From NCBI GenBank assembly GCA_965223865.1, contig OZ245020.1, positions 1,408,001 to 1,472,000 of the forward strand: a stretch of DNA of 64,000 nucleotides, read 5' to 3'. The notes under the pieces were generated by a model. That model searched no databases, was not told the DNA's origin, and was given only the letters and a program-made list of their open reading frames with translations. The stretch's first letter is position 1; the number at the start of each line of letters is the position of its first letter. A program made the position numbers and the translations under genes. This document shows, piece by piece, positions 30,190 through 37,368 of this stretch. The DNA is from Nitrosarchaeum sp. (GTDB lineage: Archaea > Thermoproteota > Nitrososphaeria > Nitrososphaerales > Nitrosopumilaceae).

Positions 30190-30624
30190 ATGCAAAGACT
30201 AGACAGTAAAAAAATAGATCATATCGTCCCAGATACTAAAATTCCCATAAGACTTGGTTACATTAAGCCTAACGGTAATCCAGCTATAATTTCTCTTTGG
30301 TATGTGTGTATTGAGGACATGATATATTGTGCTACCCAAAAAACAGCAAAAATTGTGTCATTCCTTGAAAAAAAACCAGTGTGCGGTTTTGAGATAGCAG
30401 GCGATAAACCTCCATACAAAGGAGTACGAGGTGAAGGAACAGTCAAAATTTTGGATGAGAAAGGCAAAGAGATACTTGATATTTTAATTGACAAATATCT
30501 TGGTAAAAAAGAATCAACGCTATCTCAATTTCTGAAAAATAACTCTAAAACAGAAGTGGCAATTGAAATCACCCCACAAAAAATTTTCAATTATGACTAT
30601 TCTAAAAGAATGAAAGATGTTTGA
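30190..30624 (+). CDS. Pyridoxamine 5'-phosphate oxidase-like (FMN/F420-binding) protein
   Basis: G.P...SLWY, PPYKGVRG.G, W/YDYS. Confidence 0.8.
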   Translation: MQRLDSKKIDHIVPDTKIPIRLGYIKPNGNPAIISLWYVCIEDMIYCATQKTAKIVSFLEKKPVCGFEIAGDKPPYKGVRGEGTVKILDEKGKEILDILIDKYLGKKESTLSQFLKNNSKTEVAIEITPQKIFNYDYSKRMKDV

Positions 30625-30627
30625 AGC

Positions 30628-30759
30628 ATGAAAAAAGACCATGGCTGTCCCACTTGTGGTTCTAAAAACATTGGAAATTTAGAGATGCAAAAAAATAAAG
30701 ACAATACTGTCACATGGAAAAACCAGTGTTATAATTGTAAAAAGTTTTGGTACTCATAA
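30628..30759 (+). CDS. 43-aa zinc-ribbon microprotein, TFS/TFIIS C-ribbon-like (not in ORF track)
   Basis: MKKDHGCPTCGSKNIGNLEMQKNKDNTVTWKNQCYNCKKFWYS*. Confidence 0.7.
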   Translation: MKKDHGCPTCGSKNIGNLEMQKNKDNTVTWKNQCYNCKKFWYS

Positions 30760-31044
30760 TAAAATCAAATTTCTTTCTAGTGCCAAAATTATTATTTTTT
30801 CAAATGATGTTATATGATACATTGCTCTTCCCAAGTTATTTCTATCTTCTAGTTTACATCTATCAATCCAATCATTTGCCTCACGCCTTAACGCTCGTTT
30901 AGTTTCGGATAATGGAACCTTAATTTTTGCGTCAGTCCTTTTGCTATGCCATAATATGTCTCCTGCAGTATTACTAATTGCTGTCAACCTGATCGAACTG
31001 TTAAAATCCATTAGCATGTTGAGAAGTTTCTCATACCGACCCAT
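30754..31044 (-). CDS. DUF6659/roadblock-like protein, probably C-terminally truncated
   Basis: Similar to 53713-54093 pattern (IR..AI....G, LG...Y....EK). Confidence 0.55.
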   Translation of the reverse strand: MGRYEKLLNMLMDFNSSIRLTAISNTAGDILWHSKRTDAKIKVPLSETKRALRREANDWIDRCKLEDRNNLGRAMYHITSFEKIIILALERNLILL

Positions 31045-31142
31045 TAGTTAGAATATTCCCTCAGAGAATAAAAACAGTTTGGTAATTGCTGGAAAAAAAA
31101 TTTGAAAGATTAACTTAAATCTTATATTAAAAATAAGACATT

Positions 31143-31688
31143 ATGGAAATTCCTTATACTGGATTTGTTAAGCAAATATGGGACGAATTTCCACAACTTG
31201 CTGAATGGCACAGGTTTGATGATTCCAATCTTCCAATGTGGAATTTAGATAAATTTGTAGAAGCAGGATATCACAACTTTTTGGCAAATAGAAAACCGCT
31301 CTATCATCTTAGTAAATTAATTGAAAAATATGCCCAAGAAAACGGTGAGCCATTACTTGCAACATTTGAAGAAATTGCTAGGTACAAATTCGTAGAAAGG
31401 AGATACCAGAAAATGATTGAAAATATACCCAAAATTTAGATAGTCGCTGATTATGGGAAAACTGAAATCCAAGTACCTCCAAAAATGGAAATCCTAAATT
31501 GTCGTAACACAGAACTATCAAATGTTTGGACTGTTTTTACAAGAGGACCCTATGGACCTTTTGGTTTAATTGCAGAGGAGTTTGAAGATGGAAAGTTTAG
31601 AGGATTTTTTACACTCAACCCAAATGTTTGCAGATACTCCCTAAAATTAATGGGCAAAATATTAGGCACTAAATTTACAATTCAATAA
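31143..31688 (+). pseudogene. Second DICT-like paralog interrupted by an in-frame TAG
   Basis: Two same-frame ORFs colinear with 26886-27470; TAG 31437-31439 sits at the Trp position (PKI*IV vs PKTWIV). Confidence 0.8.
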
Positions 31689-31785
31689 AGTTCTGCGCCA
31701 AGTCAAATATTTAAAAAACCTAAATCTGAAATTATTTCCAAATATTCGATATATCAGAAATTAAAAAATAATAAAAATAAAAAAA

Positions 31786-32169
31786 TTAGTTGTGTCGTGG
31801 AGTTGCTTTCCCTGTAACCTTTACAATATCAGGATCTGAGCAAATTGTTTGAACATTTTTGATGCTCATCAAGCCTGAAAAGATTACACCGTCACCCCAT
31901 CTGCTGGTAGTTACCTCTATTGGATATTTGTCTCTGCCTTCTTCTTGTTTTTGATGAAGGTCTACTCCATCTTTATAGTAGACATAGAGATTCACATGTG
32001 GAATATCTGGGCCTACATATTTTTTGAGACTTACCTGATACATCATTACTTTAATGAGAAGTTCAGGATCTACTTTGGGCATTGCCCGAACAACATCCTG
32101 GAAGAACTGATTAAAATAGGGTTCAACACTGACAGGTTGTTCTTTTATTTCTTGGACTAACGCGGTCAT
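31786..32169 (-). CDS. Hypothetical protein
   Basis: 127-aa ORF with a box promoter. Confidence 0.75.
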   Translation of the reverse strand: MTALVQEIKEQPVSVEPYFNQFFQDVVRAMPKVDPELLIKVMMYQVSLKKYVGPDIPHVNLYVYYKDGVDLHQKQEEGRDKYPIEVTTSRWGDGVIFSGLMSIKNVQTICSDPDIVKVTGKATPRHN

Positions 32170-32191
32170 GATATATAGTAGTCGGAAATAC

Positions 32192-32227
32192 TATTTAACT
32201 AGTGATAAATTTGATAACTAGTGGTAA
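32192..32227 (-). promoter_or_regulatory. TTAGCACTAG-box promoter
   Basis: TTACCACTAG-N9-TTATCACTAG-TTAAATA. Confidence 0.75.
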
Positions 32228-32246
32228 TTTTATTTACTTGTTACTA

Positions 32247-33124
32247 CTAATTCCTTACCCTATTTCTAATAGTAACAGCACTTATTCCAGAAGCCATTGA
32301 GATTTTCATTTGTGAAACTTTTTCATGATTTTTTTGAACAGCCAGATATATTGATGCAGCTGCCATGGCCATAGGATGCTTACCATCAGATATTCCTGCT
32401 TTTTGACCTAATTTCAAAATCTTTCTTGCATCGCGTTTTGTTTTTTCAGACACTGAAACTTCATTTGAGATACGTGTTATGAATTCAGTTGGATCATAAG
32501 ACGTAGAATGTAGATCAAGGTCAGTAGCGAGAAGACGATAAAGGCGATATATTACCTTCTTTTTTACTCCTCCAACTCGGGCAACATCATTTATGGTTCT
32601 GGGGGTATCAGTAAGACGACAAGCAATGTAAACAACAGTACATAAAACAGCTTGATTTGAACGGCCAGGAAGAGTTTTTTTTGTTCAACTTTTCTGAATA
32701 GATATGCAGATTTTTCTACCACATGTTCTGGCAATGCAAGTTTGGAACGTATACCATCAAGTAAAGTAAATGCCTTTATGAGTGACTGCTTAGTTATAGC
32801 ATGTCTGCTGTTTCGGTCCCACATTCTCAGACGATAAAATGACCGCTTATTATCACCTGAAATTGGCTTGCCAGTAGAATCTTTGTCTTGAGCCTGAATT
32901 AAAGTAGATAACCCCATATCTGCCATCTTTAAGGAGATTTTACGGCCAGTTCTTGTATTTGTAAGATATTCTTCTTTGGTCTGACCAGCTGGCTCTGGTC
33001 CAAAATCAATTATTTTTTCAGATATTACAACCCCACAATTATTACATGAAATTTCTCCTGTAATTGCATCGGTTACAAGTAAGGCATTTTTACAATTTTT
33101 CTGGTGCAGTGATTCATTTGTCAT
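32247..33124 (-). pseudogene. tfb: Transcription initiation factor IIB paralog, frameshifted at an A8 run
   Basis: Zn ribbon TGEI.C..CG, MGLST.I, RLR.WD; the -1 frame continues GRS..IACR..TPRT; G..P..AAA.IY, VTIRNR. Confidence 0.88.
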
Positions 33125-33292
33125 CTTTTTTTCCCTACCAATAATTAGTATTCACAGAATTTTAACCACAAACCATTTTTTTTACATGATGCTAAGAAAA
33201 TATATAAAAAAATAAATGAGCATAATGCTATTTTTTCATTTAAAAGAAATAACTAAAGAAAATTGTAAAATAATTAAATATTTTTAAAATTA

Positions 33293-33655
33293 TTAAGAAT
33301 CAAGTTGTATGGAATATACAACATATTTTCCTTTTTTGGCACTAAAAATTCCAATTAGTTTTGCCATTATTCCATATTTTTTATTTCTAAGAGCAATTGC
33401 TTTTTCTGCTAAATCTCCTTGAATTAGTTTAGCTTTTCCTGAATGCCATTTGCTTTTTGGTTTTCCTGAAAAGTTGGATACGGCAACATTTACTTTATTG
33501 TTATTTGCTATTCGTTTCACTTTTCCAGTAAATTCTCTTGTAACAATCCAAATAAAATTATCAAACTCTACAAACCATACAGGAGTCTTTACAGAATTTC
33601 CTTTTTTTCTAAAAGTTTCCAGTACAATATATTTTTCATTTGGAAAAATATCCAC
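33293..33655 (-). CDS. PPOX-class F420-dependent enzyme (Rv2061-like)
   Basis: Y..LETFRK.G..V.TPVW, TGKVKRI.NN..V. Confidence 0.85.
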   Translation of the reverse strand: MDIFPNEKYIVLETFRKKGNSVKTPVWFVEFDNFIWIVTREFTGKVKRIANNNKVNVAVSNFSGKPKSKWHSGKAKLIQGDLAEKAIALRNKKYGIMAKLIGIFSAKKGKYVVYSIQLDS

Positions 33656-33715
33656 AAAATAATTTCATTTTAAAATAATGTAAAGGTTGCCAGGAATCAT
33701 AATTCCCTATTCAAA

Positions 33716-33751
33716 TTAGCACTAGTCTAGTTGTTATCACTAGGTTAAATA
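33716..33751 (+). promoter_or_regulatory. TTAGCACTAG-box promoter
   Basis: TTAGCACTAG-N8-TTATCACTAG-G-TTAAATA. Confidence 0.75.
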
Positions 33752-33772
33752 TTATAAAGCCAACTAAAACAT

Positions 33773-33958
33773 ATGGCAGAAGAACAAGAATGGGCAAATT
33801 TACTTGCCGAAGTCTTTGACAAGCTTACACAAAAGCATGCCTCAATCACTTATGATTTTGAAGATCTGGAGATGAAAGGCAAAGTCGAAAAAGAGGGCAA
33901 GATAATCCCAACAGGTACGGTTTCCTTAACTGGAAGGCTGACAATTACCGCAAAGTAG
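33773..33958 (+). CDS. Small hypothetical protein
   Basis: 61 aa, leaderless geometry from TATA. Confidence 0.7.
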   Translation: MAEEQEWANLLAEVFDKLTQKHASITYDFEDLEMKGKVEKEGKIIPTGTVSLTGRLTITAK

Positions 33959-33968
33959 TGGGTGTGGA

Positions 33969-34334
33969 ATGAAAGAGATAAACTTCCCCGCTAATTTTTT
34001 AACTTTTCTGACAAGTGGAAGCATCAAGATAACAAATGATTGCGTCCCATCAATTAATTTTACAGCAACAAAAGACACTCGAATTATTGACATTATTCAT
34101 ATTCCAGTCACAATTTCAGGCAAGCCTGGTTTAATTAAACAGCTATCTGAAGCAAAGAGTCTTGCAAAAAATCTGAAACAAGAAAATATTACACTTGAAA
34201 TCAGATTTCAAGGTAATCCCGTACTAAAACTAGGAGAAAAAGCAAATCCAAAACTTGCAAAAATTGTCACATTAAGTAGTGATATTGAAATTACAGATTT
34301 GAAGAAACTAAAAAAATTAAGTGATTTAATTTGA
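33969..34334 (+). CDS. Hypothetical protein
   Basis: 121-aa ORF co-oriented with the previous gene. Confidence 0.7.
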   Translation: MKEINFPANFLTFLTSGSIKITNDCVPSINFTATKDTRIIDIIHIPVTISGKPGLIKQLSEAKSLAKNLKQENITLEIRFQGNPVLKLGEKANPKLAKIVTLSSDIEITDLKKLKKLSDLI

Positions 34335-34445
34335 TTTGTGAAAAAACTATTCGATAAAACTCCTTGTAAATATTTGGTTGTTGAAGTAAATAAGACAACA
34401 ATCATATCGATTAAAAAATTTTAAAAAATATAATTTGTAAAATAG

Positions 34446-34832
34446 TTAAGACCCCATCATACCTACCATTTTTGGCAACTCACGATACGCTTTGTTTACA
34501 AAAATACCATTATCAGCTTCAATCATTACAAACTCCATCGCATTTTCCGGAGGTGGAGAGATTATAATTTTCTGTCCTACATTGAGTTTCCCAATATCAA
34601 GTGTATCTCCTCCACCAAAATTAACGTGAATATTGGTTAATGGTTGTGAGCCAGTGTTTTGAATGGTAATTCTCCCAGTTACAAACAAATTTTGTTTATC
34701 AATAATAGGATCAACAAAAATATCGTGATCTTGAGTAGAAACAGAAAGTTTCAATATGTCTAGGCCAAAAATTACAGCCATCAAACTAATAATCCCAATA
34801 CCAAATCCAATAAGAATGGTGTATTGATTCAA
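34446..34832 (-). CDS. Membrane-anchored beta-rich hypothetical protein
   Basis: N-terminal TM, I.NTG..PL.NI (Ig/CARDB-like). Confidence 0.7.
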   Translation of the reverse strand: MNQYTILIGFGIGIISLMAVIFGLDILKLSVSTQDHDIFVDPIIDKQNLFVTGRITIQNTGSQPLTNIHVNFGGGDTLDIGKLNVGQKIIISPPPENAMEFVMIEADNGIFVNKAYRELPKMVGMMGS

Positions 34833-34971
34833 TGTAGCTTTATACCTTTTCTAATAATTAAGAATGATGAAATTTTAAAATAAACCGATCAATAATGCAA
34901 GTAAAAGAAAGGTGAGGCAATCATTTTTTACTTCAAAAAACATCTTTATCTAATGATTTTTTCAAAATAAC

Positions 34972-35100
34972 ATGACACTCTCAAAATATTGTCGCGCAAC
35001 ATTACATGATACTTGTACTGGTTTTATTGATTTGAAAAAGGAATGTACTTGTGACTGTCATGAAAAAGAAGAATCTGATTCTTTTTGGAAAATCAAATAA
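34972..35100 (+). CDS. 42-aa Cys/His microprotein with CxCxCH (not in ORF track)
   Basis: MTLSKYCRATLHDTCTGFIDLKKECTCDCHEKEESDSFWKIK*. Confidence 0.65.
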   Translation: MTLSKYCRATLHDTCTGFIDLKKECTCDCHEKEESDSFWKIK

Positions 35101-35143
35101 ATTTATTGATTGCATTTAGGATAGAATTTGTAAAAAAGATCTA

Positions 35144-35239
35144 TTATGAGTTGCAATGACAATCACAAGAGCAGCTTGAACTAGAAATATGTTCTATGAT
35201 GCAACTAGTACACGGAATTATTGCTGTTATTTCAGACAT
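35144..35239 (-). CDS. 31-aa Cys/His microprotein with CxCxCH (not in ORF track)
   Basis: MSEITAIIPCTSCIIEHISSSSCSCDCHCNS*. Confidence 0.55.
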   Translation of the reverse strand: MSEITAIIPCTSCIIEHISSSSCSCDCHCNS

Positions 35240-35329
35240 AATTTTACAGGCAGTTTTTGAATATTAGCAATTACTAAGAACTTATCTATTATCCATAAAA
35301 TCCATCCAAACAGTTATTTTGAATTTAAG

Positions 35330-35397
35330 GCCAAGGGAAATTCAATCATTTTAGGAGGATGATTAACAAGCAGTGGCATCTGCTTTTTCCCCTTGGC
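35330..35397 (-). ncRNA. Candidate sRNA, GCCA(A)GGG-stem family, copy 1
   Basis: Closing stem plus two internal hairpins; CTAAATA 26 nt upstream; flank shared with 50910-50998. Confidence 0.55.
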
Positions 35398-35475
35398 TGA
35401 TTAGTCTTAGGCACGTTTTCAATATTTAGGGGTTCTTTTTTGTAGTAATTTTCAAATACTTGCGATCATAAGTAA

Positions 35476-35545
35476 TAGTAGCGTCTTTTCAAGGGTTAGA
35501 CGTGGCCTAACGCTAGCTAATGGCAGAACAACAACCCTTTTGACT
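35476..35545 (+). ncRNA. Candidate structured RNA (alternative folds or pseudoknot)
   Basis: TAGCGT/ACGCTA, CGTCT/AGACG, AAGGGTT/AACCCTT; GC-rich in an AT-rich context. Confidence 0.35.
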
Positions 35546-35571
35546 AGTTAAATTCCAGTTTTTCAGATTAA

Positions 35572-35850
35572 TCATATTACTTGAACACCGTTCCAGAATG
35601 CCACCATTCCTTTGATTTTTTTGGCAGCATCATTGGGTTCAGCATAATACCATGCACAATCTTTGTTAGTTTTTCCATTGACTGTTACAGAATAGTAATT
35701 TGCCATCCCTTTCCATCCACAAAATGTCGTAAGATCAGTTTTTTCAAAATATTCTGATTTTATAGAATCGATAGGAAAATAGTGATTACCTTCAACTACA
35801 ACGGTATCAGCACTTTCAGCAATTACAACCTCATTCCAAATGGCTTTCAT
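35572..35850 (-). CDS. DUF427 family protein
   Basis: A.WN..VIAES...VEGN.YFP, C.WKG.A.YY, AW.Y..P. Confidence 0.9.
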   Translation of the reverse strand: MKAIWNEVVIAESADTVVVEGNHYFPIDSIKSEYFEKTDLTTFCGWKGMANYYSVTVNGKTNKDCAWYYAEPNDAAKKIKGMVAFWNGVQVI

Positions 35851-35934
35851 AGATCATTTACCAAAAAACAATATTTAAAGAAATCCCAATCGGTTTTTTG
35901 AAAAGTCATACATTTCTTATTTTTTGATTGGAAA

Positions 35935-37368
35935 TTATTCGCCTTTCATCTCTTCGCGAGTTTTAAAGCTTGGTGTAATGCCAAGAGATTCATAGTTTCC
36001 AGAAGAGCAAGTAAAGCACATAGAATCTGTTGGCATGCCAACTGCTGCTGCAAGATTTTCTGCATCATTGTATCCTAAAAAGTCAGCTCCAATACTTTGT
36101 CGGACCATCTCAGTTAGTTCTTCATTTGTCATCTCTTTGCCATTTGAAAATGTTGCAAGTTCTTCTTGTGATGGAAAATCAATTCCAGCATAGCAAGGGA
36201 ATTTAATTGGAGGATATGTAATGACCATGCTAATTTTTCTAGCACCTGCTCTTCTTAATGCCTTAATAATTGCCTTTGAGCTTGTACCACGAACCAAACT
36301 ATCATCAATCACAACAACATGTTTGTCCTCAATAATCTCTCTAATTGGAATAATCCATCTGTTAATTTCAATTCTGTCACTCTGATGAGGTTCAATAAAA
36401 CTACGAAGTGGACCTTTCTTGCTGTAACGATCTTTGAGGAGTCCTTCATCAAATGACACTCCCAATTCTTGTGCATAACCTAGTGCTGCAGGTCTTGCAG
36501 AATCCGGAACTGGAATTACAAGATCAGCATCTTTGAGGGGGAATTTTTTGGCCAAAAATTGGCCAATTCTTTTTCTTGATATGTAGATATTAGAGCCTTC
36601 CATATTGCTTGAAGGATGTGCAAAATAGGTAAATTCAAAAGAACAATGAGCTCGTGTCTTGTCTTCAGAAAATAATTCTGTCTGCAAACCCTCTGAGCTA
36701 AGTTTAATCAGTTCACCAGGGCTGACATCTCTTTGTAGTTTTGCACCAACTGCAGAAAGTGCAGAGGATTCGGATGCTACAACATAGGTGTTATCTGATT
36801 CTTTATGTCCTAAAACCATAGGACGAAATCCTTTAGGGTCTCTAGCAGCATATACTGCATTATCATCAGAGATAAATGTAAAGCAGTAAGAACCTACCAT
36901 TTCGTTTTTCAGAATTGAAAGGGCTTTTCCCATTTGTCCTTTTTCAGATATTAATGAAACCAATCTTTGGGCTGCAACAAGCGTATCACTTGCATTTTGG
37001 GGGGTAAATGAACATCCCCCAACCATGTTTGCCAGTTCTTGGACATTTGCAATGGTTCCATTATGTGCAACACAAAGGTCTTTTACTTTGAGGGGTTGAG
37101 CATTTTCAAGATTGCTTTTACCTATAGTAGAATATCTCACATGTCCAATGACTGCAGAGGAGGCATAATCTTCGGAGATTTTTTTAAATTCAGAAGATGA
37201 TGCAGAAACAAGGCCAAGTTTTTTGAGAGGAGGTTTGTTTGGAATTGCAAGGCCCCATGCTTCTTGACCTCTATGTTGAAGCGCTCGTAATGCATCAATT
37301 ACCATCGGAACAACATTTGTTCCACTAAGACTGAAAATTCCAACAACACCACAATTTTCCTTAACCAT
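35935..37368 (-). CDS. purF: Amidophosphoribosyltransferase
   Basis: CGVVG, LQHRGQE, GHVRYST, HNG, VDDS-type PRPP motif IDDSLVRGT. Confidence 0.97.
   Translation of the reverse strand: MVKENCGVVGIFSLSGTNVVPMVIDALRALQHRGQEAWGLAIPNKPPLKKLGLVSASSSEFKKISEDYASSAVIGHVRYSTIGKSNLENAQPLKVKDLCVAHNGTIANVQELANMVGGCSFTPQNASDTLVAAQRLVSLISEKGQMGKALSILKNEMVGSYCFTFISDDNAVYAARDPKGFRPMVLGHKESDNTYVVASESSALSAVGAKLQRDVSPGELIKLSSEGLQTELFSEDKTRAHCSFEFTYFAHPSSNMEGSNIYISRKRIGQFLAKKFPLKDADLVIPVPDSARPAALGYAQELGVSFDEGLLKDRYSKKGPLRSFIEPHQSDRIEINRWIIPIREIIEDKHVVVIDDSLVRGTSSKAIIKALRRAGARKISMVITYPPIKFPCYAGIDFPSQEELATFSNGKEMTNEELTEMVRQSIGADFLGYNDAENLAAAVGMPTDSMCFTCSSGNYESLGITPSFKTREEMKGE

Noticed and set aside
31437-31439. 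Pyrrolysine or amber readthrough in the DICT paralog
   Set aside because: The position corresponds to Trp (TGG to TAG is a single transition); no pyl genes are in the window and none are expected in this lineage.
35365-35390. GCCACTG as a cobalamin riboswitch
   Set aside because: Only an isolated word; the other B12-element helices and conserved boxes are not visible.
35494-35525. Fluoride (crcB) riboswitch resemblance (CCTAACGC..GCTAATG)
   Set aside because: Lacks the 5' GAUG and the pseudoknot complement, and there is no co-oriented downstream gene.
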